From NCBI RefSeq assembly GCF_947568905.1, contig NC_079173.1, positions 30,752,001-30,816,000 of the forward strand: a stretch of 64,000 bases of DNA. Reading direction: 5' to 3'. The position numbers and the translations under genes were made by a program. This document shows positions 38,029-50,120 of the stretch, in pieces. The notes beneath the pieces are model-generated. The model did no database searches, had not been told where the DNA came from, and saw only the letters and a program-made list of their open reading frames with translations. Each line of letters begins with the position of its first letter. The first letter of the stretch is position 1. The DNA is from Ostrea edulis. Its lineage: Eukaryota.

Positions 38029-41000
38029 TCATTTAATCGACGAATCTTCATCAATTTTCCTTGTCCAAATCCACTTTTGATTGGCACTATTATTACAGGG
38101 CAACACATTGAGTGAGTTCTTATTTAAGCTTAAACAGCTGTCTGTGTGCTGCATCCGAATCTCGTTTTTCTAGAAATAAAAAAATGAAAACATATCATCA
38201 TGCAATGCATTTAGTTTTACAGTTTGAGTGAAAAAGTCTTCATACACAATAAAAATTTACATTGAAGGAAATGTCTAATTAATGTTTAAATGGGTAGTTT
38301 TTAAAATTGAAATCTGTCTCTTTCTAAGGTAAGTGTGAAAATTGGATTGATTTGTTTGAGATTTATCTTTTTAGAATTTCTTCTTACCTGTGTGTACTCC
38401 CAGTTTGTGACATTTGCTTTACACAAAATATAAAATACACTGCCATCTTTGTCTGTTAAACATGCTGCATCTCTCTCGATTCGACCACTAACGGTATATC
38501 TGAAAAACTAAGCAAGGAGTGTCGTGAAATTCACAATTTTAACAAAATGGCTTTTTATATATGCATTTCGTAAATACATGTATATTTATTTTTCTAAGTG
38601 TTAAAACCCATAAATTACGCAATTTTGACAATAATTCGAATCAATACTAATTGAAAAGTACATATTTTAGACCATCGTCGGAAACCCACGGTTGATTACG
38701 CTTTGTTCCTCTCTCCATCACCCGTGGATCCATTCATTCCTACTCGCTCGTTCTCATGAATAAATATTTAAAAATATCGTCCAATCAAAGAAATCGTTGT
38801 AGTAACAGAACTCTTCTGTTTTTAAAGGTAGCATCAACTTAACTTTGCTATTACAAGAATTGTATACCGAAATTGGGCTGAAAGTGTCGTGTTGATTGGA
38901 CAAATTCGTTCAGGGTATACGATGAGCGCCCAATCAAACTGCCTCATTAATTATTCATGAGAACGAGCGAGTAGGAATGAATGGACCCACGGGTGATGGA
39001 GAGAGGAACAAGCGCAATCAACCGTGGGTTTCCGACGATGATTTTAGACATATGTTAGTTGGAATCAAATAAATGGAAATGATACTGTGTACTATTTATA
39101 CGTATATGTAATCGGAAATTCATGGCTCATTCTTTAATATTGGAGTTAACATGCAATATACATTTAATGCATGCTAGTGTGGAGTAAATGAAGCTTATTC
39201 GTCCAAGAAAAACCCGATGCATGCTATTAATTGTTCTATATTCTCTTCAAGTGTACTTTTTGATAAATTTTATTTCAATCTACTGACATTTCAATATGAT
39301 ATAATTAGAAGGGATATGGTGGAACGGAACCCGTAGAGATGCGTGCAACACAATTTTTTCAGGGAAATCGATAATTGACACTAGTCCCCTAAGTAGAAGG
39401 AACAATAAAGGTATCCTTATTTGTGAGAATTACAGGATTCCATTAAAAAAATCAGTATCCAGGGACGATAACCGGGTAATTACTGGATTCAATATATCAG
39501 TATCCAGGGACGATAACCGGGTAATTACTGGATTCAATACAACATCAGTATCCAGGGACGATAACCGGGTAATTACTGGATTCAATATAATATCAGTATT
39601 CAGGGATGATAACCGGGTAATTACTGGATTCAATATAATATCAGTATTCAGGGATGATAACCGGGTAATTACTGAATTCAATATAATATCAGTATTCAGG
39701 GATGATAACCGGGTAATTACTGAATTCAATATAATATCAGTATTCAGGGATGATAACCGGGTAATTACTAGATTCAATATATAATGAGTATCCAGGGAAC
39801 CTTACCTGGTTGCCACCTAGTCCGTGACATGGAATAGCCTGGATTCTGTTGCCGGCTACTGTTCCCATTGTGTCGAGACAGAGACCAGTTTCCATATTGC
39901 GGACCTGAAAATTTCACTGAGAGATAAAACGGATCTTTCTTTTAATTTTAGCATGTCTATTCGAATTCTTCTCCATTTACATATCATTCGTTATGCACCT
40001 ATATGTGTGTCTAAAAATAGCTCCTACGACTTGGAAATTCAAATCGATTTCTCTTTAATGCTACTTGGGGGAAATCCGATGAATTCATGCCAATGTTTAG
40101 TTATGTTTCTGTAATTTTTACTCACTTCTCCGCTGTATAAGGCCTTGTCTGGCAGTTTCATACCCGGTAAAAGGGTATTTAAATACCATTCGAAACTTTT
40201 ACACCCCAAACGTTGTCGTAGATTTTTTCTGTGTGAAACGTCACCGTAATTACCCTAAAAGAACAAACTTACATTAGTACTGTTGAACACAAGCGAGGAA
40301 GAGTACACAACTTACCTTGATCAGATGACATAATTCAAATTGAGTCAGCTGTGCAGATTCGAGTTTGAAAAAATACCTTTTGCATGCCGTTAATAGTGGA
40401 CGCCATAAAGGAAAGTTCTTAAGTTGAATTATATGCCGATTTGCAAAACTTTCAAATATGTTTGTATTACGCCCCTTCTAGAATTTTTCTCTTCTATCGA
40501 GACGTCGCCATTTTAAGTTGAGAACGACCAATTTAGACCTATGCTCGGGACCGTAGGAGTGAGGGTTCTTTATGAGATACGGGGCCTCCATTGTTAATGT
40601 CTTTCCGAAAGTCCCGCGATTCTCTCTTCGAAATACGGTGATTCTCACTGCTAAATGCCGTGATTCTCACTGCTACCTGGTAAATGCCGTGATTCTCACT
40701 GCTAAATGCCGTGAGTTTGGTGAATGAGCAATCTGACGCGACCATACCACGAGAGGGGCTCGAACTCACGAGATCAAGGTCACGAAGCGAACGCTCTACC
40801 ACTGGGTTACCGTGACCACCTCACGCAGCTTTAGAGAAAACACAATTACAGTAGTGAATAAAATTCAGTGCAATTTTCCACAGAGGAGAAAATTCAAATC
40901 CCACGCAAACGATAAATATAATGCTTCACTCAAATTGACTCAACACATTCAGAATGAACGTATACAGGATTATGTCTCGGGAGACATATTGTTTGTATAC

Positions 41001-41968
41001 TTTCTGTCCGTCCGTCTGTCTGACTGTCTGTCACAAAATCTTGTGAACGCTTCTCCTCCTATATGGCTTATCGGATAGACTTGAAACTTTGTGCAATGCT
41101 TCATTTCTATTTGTAGATGTGCATATTAGTAGGACAGGAGGTTTACAAGGTGTTTTACAAGGTGAACAAAATTCGGATCATACAACTCTAACATAATCAA
41201 AATTTCAACAAAAAATTTTTTGCAACTCGAAATCCACTTTATTATTTTAAAATAGCCTCCTTACCAGGTTATAATTGATTCTTTCATAATACAGATGTTT
41301 AAATCCATCCAACCAGACTTCTGCGGTTCGAACTGCATTTTTGCGCAATATCTCCGCAAAACTTTTACCCCATTTATACGGACTGACAGACCGAAAAATG
41401 TGAGCAACATGGGAGCAGGGGTGGATCTCAAGACTTCCGCCACACATCCAAGTCTGAAAATCAAAGTGAGGGACCAGTAGAGAATTTACTCGACGTGTTA
41501 AGGACGGGAAATATACAATGAATCCATACAGAGACATACATGATAGCGTTTGTTTTTTCTCTAAAGATACATCGAATTCAAATACTAGTGTACGATACGT
41601 GTATATCAATATAATGAAAACCCATTAACTGGTAGAGAAAATGTCCGTATTTTTCTTAACATCTTATATTTGAAAGCATTTACATTTTGTTTAGATATAT
41701 ACACACTACCCATCATAAATAAGTATACACAATCGCTTTTTACACATTTTTGCATGAAATATATTTAATTTAATGAAAAGAGCTGAATTCATTGTGTATA
41801 ACTTTCAATTTATCTCAGTAAAATAATCAGTTAAATACTTCAATATATATGAAACAATGATGGACATTAAATATTTTGGCATAGTCTGTTAAATTGTGAT
41901 CTTGATTTATCTAAATTGAAAAATCAAAGGATATTATATTGATTGATTGTATCTTGCTTAACGTCTCG

Positions 41969-42003
<35 letters not shown>

Positions 42004-43875
42004 AGACCGGTGAAGCCTTCAAATTTATGCCTATGCTCGGCGTTTATGGCTATTGAGCAGTGAGGGTTCTTAAGCGTGCCACACCTACTGTGACATATAA
42101 TCACAATATCAAAACATCATAATTAAAAATATGAACACTAACATTAAATAAACAAATCATGCACGTTGAAAGTGACATTTTGCATCGAAAGATCTGTATC
42201 CGTGATGTAACCCATGTTTTATTCGCAAGTAACTTATTTTGGTGAGTGTATACTTATTTACGGTGGGCAGCTGTACAATGGAAACCCTTATTGTGAATTA
42301 TTTATCCCAAATCTCTCATTATTTTATCAGTATAACATTTAGGAAATACATGTAATTACATTTGTACATTCTTATGTGTTAGCTGCGGCTGTTGATGCTA
42401 ATTTAGCGATTATTAAACTGATTTAGCGATTACTAAGCTGATTTAGTGGTTACTAAGCTGATTTGGCGGTTACTAAGCTGATTTAGCGGTTACTAAACTG
42501 ATTTAGCGATTACTAAGCTGATTTAGCGGTTACTAAGCTGATTTAGCGGTTACTAAGCTGATTTAGTGATTACTAAGCTGATTTAGCGGTTACTAAGCTG
42601 ATTTAGCGGTTACTAAGCTAATGTAGCGGTTACTAAGCTGCTATCTATTTTAAATGTCGGCTCCGCTAAAGCGTCGTCGGTAACTTAGCATTAACTTCCG
42701 CAAATAACGAATGAGGAGAAAGTTATCGCCATTCTTTCGTATTTTGTCTTCGTGTCACAGGATTCGATCGCCATATTATGACGAATACAGAAACTATTTC
42801 GGAATCTTAATGCTGACTTAATGGTCGCGGAAACGTCAAGTTGTTAGCCAATCAAAATACAGTACACGCACAAGTTTCGGCATTAGAATAGTAGATACGC
42901 TTACTCTGAACGAAATCTCCAGATTTTCTCCTCCCCAGATATCCATACCTTGGTCATATGTTCCCATCTTTGTGAAGTAGTCTCGGTTTATTGAGAACAA
43001 GCCACCAGCTATTGTAGGTGTTCTTTAATTAGAAAAGCCCCAACAGTTAGTATTTACAATTTTAAAATATAAATTTATGAAAAATTAAAGATAACGAACA
43101 GTGATCAATCTCATAACTCCTATAAGCAATACAAAATAGAGCGTTGGGCAAACACGGACCTCTGGATGTACCAGAGGTGGGATTAGGTCCATAGGAGGAA
43201 TAAACATCCCCTGTCGACCGGTCACACCAGTTGTGATTCCTACATCTTGACCAGTTAAACGGAGTAATTATTAGCTAAAATTGGTATGTAAAGAATGGCC
43301 TAACCATTGACCTATGCAACACACTAGACAGCATTTTACATAATGGTAGTTTGTGTTGGCAAATTAGATCATAATATCTACCATAGAATCTGAGAAATGC
43401 TGATGTTAAACGAGACTGTTGAAGATCGTGTGACATCAACTTATTTAAAAACTGATCATATTCAGAACATGTAAAGATAGGGGTAGAAAATTTACTGGAT
43501 CCAGCAACATATCTCTTGTTTGTAAGGGGGTCTATGAAGTTTTGGAATCCAGCACAGGTAACTCATAACCATTGGTTGGATTGGTTGGTTCCACTCGAGA
43601 ATATTTCATTCATATGGAGATATCACCATTGCCGGTGAATGGCTGGAAAATTTAGGCCTATGCTCGGCCCTTACGACCTTTGAGCAGGATCGGGGGATCT
43701 TTCTCGTGCCACACCTGCTGTAACACGGGGTATCTGTTTTTGCGGTCTCATCCGAAGGACCGCGCCATTTAGTTACCTCTTACGACAAGCAAGGGGTACT
43801 GAGGACCTATTCTAACCCGGATCTCCACGGAAAGATTGGATTGGATTGTATTTTGTTTAACGTCTCTCTCTCTCA

Positions 43876-43906
<31 letters not shown>

Positions 43907-45677
43907 AGACCGGTGAAGGGCTTCAAATTTAGGCCTTTGCACAGCGCTTACAGCAATTGAGCAATGAGGGTTCTTTAGCGTGCCATACCTACTGTGACAC
44001 AGAACATCAATTTTTAAGGTCATCTCCGAGGACCCGTGACATTCACACCTGATGCCGAGCCTTTGGCGATGAAACTGTCACTACCTGTGTTAACGACTTA
44101 GGTTTGTCGCGGCCGGGATAGGAACCCCGGTCTTCCGCATGCGGGGTATACGCTCAAACCTCTAGACCACCGACTGGATGGGATATTTCACTAACTCGAA
44201 TGAAAGTTGATTTACAGCGTATCCTAATCTTCCACTTACTGCCATGGCCTGGTGGGATGGTGATTTTCTTTCTGTTTCTTTTCTAAATTTAGCCACTTGA
44301 ACCCCATTATGGTCAAGTCAAATGTCCCTACTGCTCCAATCTCATTCCCCCAACAACCCATGGTATGGTCACTTATCATGTCTATAACAGGTGCTATAAC
44401 TCTCGTGTGATCTTCCGCAATTCTCGCCAGCAATGGCTCAAGCCAACCTAAAAGAGCAATCTCTATATTGCAATAAAATCGCAATATGAAGAGTTTAAAT
44501 AATAGGAATATATTAAGCATATCTATAAATAAAAGGATTTAATATTCACAATATGCTAAATTATTATAGCAAAATTGAACGAGATCCCTTTTTTCAGTCC
44601 AAAATATACTCTACATGTTGGGTTTTCCTAACAGACTAATAACAAATGTTGGAAAAACGTGCGCTGGAGAGATATTTCAGTCAGAAAGTGCATTCTACCC
44701 ATATTTAGCAAATGTTTCACACCTCGAACGAAAGACTTTACCTATACCAAATCACTTGCCTGATGGTTGGTTATAACCATGCTCTTGAATTTGTAATTTT
44801 TGCACAAGAGAAAAGTTTACCAAGATATACTTAATTTAACAAGAACACTCTTCGGTCTTCACATTTGACTTTCTGTAAACCACAAGTATATTTTGATTAG
44901 CTCATAATGAAAATTAAGGTATATACTTATGCGAAGTTTATAAAGGTTCCTTAAACGTGATATAGTAGAGAAAACATAGCATACAACCTGGAAAGCACTC
45001 GATGTGAGAATCCAAAAACGTGAGTATTTCACCACTAGAAGCTTCGTATCCTAACAGCCGAGCACGGATCAAACCTTCCCGTTTAGCTGTTCGTAAAACC
45101 CGAACCTTCCCGGATCCATTTTCCAATAAATATTCGTCTAGCTCGTCTTTAAGGAAATCTTAAATTACAAGATTTCATTTTCTGAACTATGTTTCTACAG
45201 ACTTTTTATTCCCTGTCATATCATGCAATGTTTTTGATAACCATTTGAATGTTTAATCAAAACTTAACATTAGAAATGAGCTATCATTTTCTCTGAAAAT
45301 GTCTACCAATAATTAAATATCATTACCTAAATCAGAAAAGTCGTCCACCAGTATGATTTCATAAATAAGTTCTGGCGGTGTTCGATTCAATATGCTGTGA
45401 ACTGTACGTAGCAGGACGGACCAAGCCTCGTTATGAAAGCAGATGATGACGCTCGTGGCGGGTAGTTTCTTGGGGTAAGTTTCTTGCTTACAACTGTTAT
45501 AGTGGAAAACGTAAGCCTGCATTTCGATTGCATCGCATTTATACATGTAATTCAAATCGAACTCAAGTAGCCCATATCTTCAAAATTGACTATTAACTTC
45601 GTTTTTTTCTCTTCAATATCCTACTCTTGAAAAATACTAGTAAACGAATTGATTGATTGATTGATTGATTGAGAAAG

Positions 45678-45734
<57 letters not shown>

Positions 45735-46837
45735 CGTACACATACCTTGGATTGCGTATGTCACGAAGTCTCCTGTGGAGCGAGATCATGTCGCTAGCGT
45801 ACTGATTAAAGGAATTTCGTTTGAAGAGTTCGTTATAAACCTTTTGTTGTTCTAAGGAAAGTTCTTTTTTGTTAATACGTACGGGGTTTCCATATTCTCC
45901 TGAAAGTGTCGAGAATCTTATCGCTAGATGTGTACATGTATCAACACTATACGTTACAATGAACTGATATATGCTATGAAAACAAGTATACTGAACTGCA
46001 TTTGCAGATATATCTAGTTTTACTTATAAAGTGCTATTGTTGAAAATACCCTTCCAATATGTTTCATTTTCAACCCCACCCCCCAAAAGAGAAATGAAAA
46101 ATAACCCAATTTTTATGCGACTATTTTACAATTCAAAATTACCACCAATCTTAATATTCTTTTACTAGTATACATGTGACTAGGGATTTATTTTTACTTC
46201 AATAAACAGATTGAAATACAAGTAACTTCAATATAAGTGGAATAGACTGCACAGACAAGTATTAAGGAGATCAGGTCTACGTACCTGGTGCATCTGGTAA
46301 GGCCACTTTCTCAAGGTGTCGAAGTCTCTCTCTCTCGGAAACTTTACGAGACGCCGTTTCCATGGAATCTCTTCTATTTTTGATGTGAGTTATATTTCGT
46401 TGCAGCAGATTTTGCAAAACCTCTTTATGGTGTCTGTTAAACACTCTCTGTGTTGTTTTTAACCTGGAGTTTGTCAATTGAGCTTTTACATCATAACTGC
46501 TCTTATTTGAATCGTGGTTAGTCCTCATACCTCGATCCGGAATCAAAAGGTCCTCCCTCCATTTTCTTAATATTGCTTTTCGTTTCATTTTTTCTTCATA
46601 TTTCGTCCGTGATAATTTATCTAAGCTTGCATTACTAAAGGTATCGCTGAGATTAATGAAGTCATTTGCTTTTTTGATTAAATTTCTAAATTTATTAACT
46701 TTAGGATCGTCTGCACTCACTCTATTTGTTTTCTTTATTTCATCCTCTACGTCGAAAAGAAATAAAGTTACAAACAGCCAAATTGAAGACACAAAGAAAA
46801 TAATTGCTAAAAATCTTGTTCGCAATAATTTGGCCAT
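38029..46837 (-). CDS. GALNT: Polypeptide N-acetylgalactosaminyltransferase (GT27) with ricin-B lectin domain, 11 coding exons, 682 aa
   Basis: Coding exons (minus): 46837-46285, 45899-45746, 45493-45327, 45158-44988, 44447-44240, 43022-42905, 41453-41265, 40254-40126, 39904-39806, 38507-38388, 38169-38029; total 2049 nt, all GT-AG and phase-consistent. N-terminal TM anchor; motifs [35 protein letters not shown] (DXH), [54 protein letters not shown]; lectin repeats CLD...CHGLGGNQ and CNNSANQKW. Subfamily not assigned. Confidence 0.95.
38673..39040. mobile_element. MITE with 9-bp TSD (Mutator-like) in GALNT intron 9
   Basis: TIRs of about 90 bp (catcgtcggaaacccacggttgatt...); TSD ATTTTAGAC at 38664-38672 and 39041-39049. 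Confidence 0.85.
39447..39797. repeat. 45-bp minisatellite, about 8 copies (GALNT intron 9)
   Basis: Unit atcagtattcagggatgataaccgggtaattactggattcaatata. Confidence 0.92.
40460..40812 (-). mobile_element. tRNA-headed SINE family A (GALNT intron 7)
   Basis: Head with A-box cagtggtagagc and B-box gagttcgagccc; internal tandem ttagcagtgagaatcacggca; shared 3' end ...ggcgacgtctc...aaaaattct. Confidence 0.65.
41937..42095 (-). mobile_element. SINE 3' fragment (family A)
   Basis: (ttga)n tail plus gagaatttttcactcatatggagacgtcaccaagaccggtgaag. Confidence 0.65.
42405..42640. repeat. 20-bp minisatellite, about 11 copies
   Basis: Unit atttagcggttactaagctg. Confidence 0.92.
43085..43460 (-). mobile_element. 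Naiad-type Penelope-like 3' fragment (GALNT intron 5)
   Basis: Same 3'-end sequence (gataacgaacagtgatcaatctcataactcctataagcaatac...) as the other copies. Confidence 0.8.
43572..43830 (-). mobile_element. SINE family B
   Basis: Reverse complement of the 6085 element with an (aacc)n tail. Confidence 0.75.
43834..44172 (-). mobile_element. Full-length tRNA-headed SINE family A
   Basis: Head ggtggtctagagg...ggttcctatcccggccgcgac; core gtagtgacagtttcatcgccaaaggctcggc; (caatc)n tail. Confidence 0.75.
45655..45734. repeat. (TTGA)n plus (GA)n microsatellite next to the GALNT exon 2 donor
   Basis: Seen directly in the sequence. Confidence 0.9.
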
Positions 46838-47529
46838 TTCCTGCTCTAACCTCGATTCCAGCGAAGATACAGTCGGACATGTGATCTATTCTTTCCTAAA
46901 GGAAAAATAAAAAAAATGTTTCACTGCTCACAAAGGAAACCCACACGCTACGCACTAATAACTTAAAATCGAAACTGCTATAATGATGATGTTAGTTAGA
47001 GAAACACACAGGACCTTAGTCTTAAAGAAAATCAAATTGGTGTTTTGCATATGCATGAGGAGACGATTTCTATAGAATTTTCCAATATACATATATCCTT
47101 ATGTCAAATCCCGACTGGGGGAGGGGGTGTCAAGATTTGAACAAAGTTTATTCTAGATGAAATGAGTTGATGAACTGCACCTGTGCTATTCATTTTCAAA
47201 TATTTCCCTCATGCCTTCCTTTGTAAAACTTTGTAGAAGTTGTCCTATGTAAAATTTACAAAAGATCAAATATGTTATAAAACGGTTTCCTATTAGACGT
47301 TTATCAATTTCATGGAACAGAATGTATATTAGTGTAATGGAAGATGTAATGTGCTAGAAAGTATTGTTAAAGATCAAATTAATGCTGATTTGATTCAATT
47401 GCTACATATCATGAAGTTTTTATCTCTTCTTAAGCAATCCCTATTGTACTGAAAAGCGCGTGCCCCTTTTAAATGATAAAGTTCAAATATAATACGGAGA
47501 TAAATTTCATGAATTCCATCAACCTTATA

Positions 47530-48510
47530 AAAAATGCAATATTTAGATTAAGATTGGACCTCTGGTCACACCCAAGGTGGGAAGTGTCCAAGAGGAGTAA
47601 GCATCCATTATTGACCGGTCGCAACAGCAGTGAGTCCTACCAGGTAAACGCAGTAATCCGTAGTCAAAATCAGTAAAGAGAGGCCTAACAATTGGCATGA
47701 AACATGTCAGACGGCATTCGATCTAATGACAGATTGTATTTGGAATATCATATCATTATAATTACCATAGAATTTGCAGAATGTTGATTTAAACGAAATT
47801 GTTGAATCCCCCTGAAACACCAACTTATTTGTCAGTAGCCTATCTGCATTTTAAGATTGATCATACGCAGAACAAACTCTCGCGAATCAAATCAGTTGAG
47901 ACATAAACGCAATCTGCAGGTGATGATGGAATATTGCTACATAAATATGGAAAATTTACTACGATGGAGAAGCTGAAGTCGGGACTTGTGCGTAAAATCG
48001 GGGGGGGGGGGGGGGGTTGTAACAAATATTTTTTTTTAGATCAAAAGATATTAATATTTCTTATACACCAGGGTCCCTTTCCAAAGACGAATTTCTTGAA
48101 AATCACGATTCATTTTTCAACACATTTGATATCCCAGTCTATGAATGTGACTTACCGTGCCTTTGCTGGATTCTACTGGATTTCCAAATTCACAAAAATC
48201 CTTACAGTTATACATGTACATATTAAACGAACTTACCAAAATGCAGGGTAATGATAAACCTCACAAAGACAATGTTGTCAACTGGAATCAATACGTATTC
48301 CTCATCTAATCTAATTCTTACCTCCTTTTAATAAACACAGAAGGTACGCACTTTTGTGTTAATGTGTTTAATACGAGATTTCAGTGTTCCTCTTATACTA
48401 TTTATCCATTCTGACAAGTTGTGCAGTGAAAAGGTGAAGATAAAGAACAGCGATCAATCTCGTAATTCCCACAAAGAATACAAAATTAAGAGTAGGGCAA
48501 ACACGGCCCC
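47530..48510. mobile_element. Naiad-type Penelope-like mosaic with an inverted internal segment
   Basis: Minus-strand 3' part at 47530-47995. Plus-strand YTPGSLSKDEFLENH...DLPCLCWI at 48062-48207. Minus-strand SEWINSIRGTLKSRIKH...EEYVLIPVD at 48250-48415. Minus-strand terminus at 48428-48510. Confidence 0.72.
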
Positions 48511-48663
48511 CTTGACTCACCAGACGTCAACAGAGTTTTTTACAGAGATGAAGTTCTGTCGCGAATTGAAAGATATGGGGCTCTCTCAAATTGGGACCTT
48601 TTAAAATAAATGGTTTTAAGACGTCATTTTCAATTGCATGTAAATCGACATCACTAGGTGAGA

Positions 48664-49035
48664 CATGGCTGTCATGTGTCCGTGGATATCGTACTACTGT
48701 AGAGTTACACATGTCTGTCATGTGACCGTGGATATCGTGCTACTGTAGAATTACATGTGTCTGTCACGTGACCGTGGATATCGTGCTACCGTAAACTTAC
48801 ACATCTCTGTCACGTGACCGTGGATATCGTGCTATTGTAGAGTTATACATGTCTGTCACGTGACCGTGGATATCATGCTACTGTAAACTTACACATGTCT
48901 GTCACGTGACCGTGGATATCGTGCTATTGTAGAGTTATACATGTCTGTCACGTGACCGTGGATATCATGCTACTGTAGAGTTACACATGTCTGTCACGTG
49001 ACCGTAGATATCGTGTTATACTATAGAGTTACACA
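48664..49035. repeat. 46-bp minisatellite, about 8 copies
   Basis: Unit catgtctgtcacgtgaccgtggatatcgtgctactgtagagttaca. Confidence 0.92.
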
Positions 49036-49346
49036 GCTGTCTCAATTTTACACACAAAGTAGGAAGTTGTACAGGTTTTGTTATTTTGATGTCTTTCCTG
49101 TCTAATGACCTAATAAGTATATCGAATATGTGTAATGTGAAATTCATTAATATGATATATTACTTACATAGTAAAGTTATAAGATACTTTGTCGTTTTGC
49201 AAGTCGCATGTATATGAACATTAATGTTTGTCTTGAGACAATATATCGTGCGTTTGACAAATCAAGGGATCATAATCAGTACCCAGAGTTTGTTTTCCAA
49301 AATGCAGAATTACATCATTTTTTAAAAATGCACCCAAACAACGAAT

Positions 49347-49572
49347 TCTAATGATTTTGATGTCTGGTACAGTCTAATGATTTTGATGTCTGGTACAGTC
49401 TAATGATTTTGATGTTTGGTACAGTCGATGATTTTGATGTCTGGTACAGTCTAATGATTTTGATGTCTGGTACAGTCTAATGATTTTGATGTCTGGTACA
49501 GTCGATGATTTTAATGTCTGGTACAGTCTAATGATTTTGATGTCTGGTACAGTCTAATGATTTTGATGTCAG
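49347..49572. repeat. 26-bp minisatellite, about 9 copies
   Basis: Unit ctaatgattttgatgtctggtacagt. Confidence 0.92.
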
Positions 49573-49857
49573 TCGATACATGTTTTCAAAACTTTTCTAC
49601 TAGTGTACAAGTTTACGATTTTAAAGATTTCATTCAAACTTCCTCTCTCTTTCTCTCTCTCATGCATTATTCATTTGCTTTTTCCTTTCTCCATATTGTC
49701 TGATGCTAAGTTATGCATCCGGCACTCAAAATAGAAATCAAGAATATCCTATTTTATACATGTACGTATTTTTACTACAGTTATATTTTATTTATTTCCA
49801 CTGTATGGCAAAACCATGAAGTTAAAAATAAATCTATAACATTCATAGGATAATTGA

Positions 49858-50120
49858 CTCGCTGGTTGTATATTGTTTAAGCGGGACGCTTGAGAAATTT
49901 CATTCATATGGAGACGTCACCATTGCCGGTGAAGGGTTGCAAAATTTAGGCCTATGCTCGGCGCTTACGGACTTTGAGCAGGGAGGGATCTTTATTGTGC
50001 CACCACTGCTGTGACACGGGCCATCCGGTTTTGCAATCTTATTCGAAGGACCGTCCTATTTAGTCGCTTCTTACGACAAGCAAGGGGTACTGAGGACCTA
50101 TTCTAACCCGGACCCACGGA
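49858..50120 (-). mobile_element. SINE family B
   Basis: Same sequence as 43572-43830. Confidence 0.75.

Noticed and set aside
40470-40512. GDVS-encoding stretch as GALNT exon 8
   Set aside because: It is the SINE 3' motif ggcgacgtctc and hits a stop. The real exon ([10 protein letters not shown]...) is 40254-40126.
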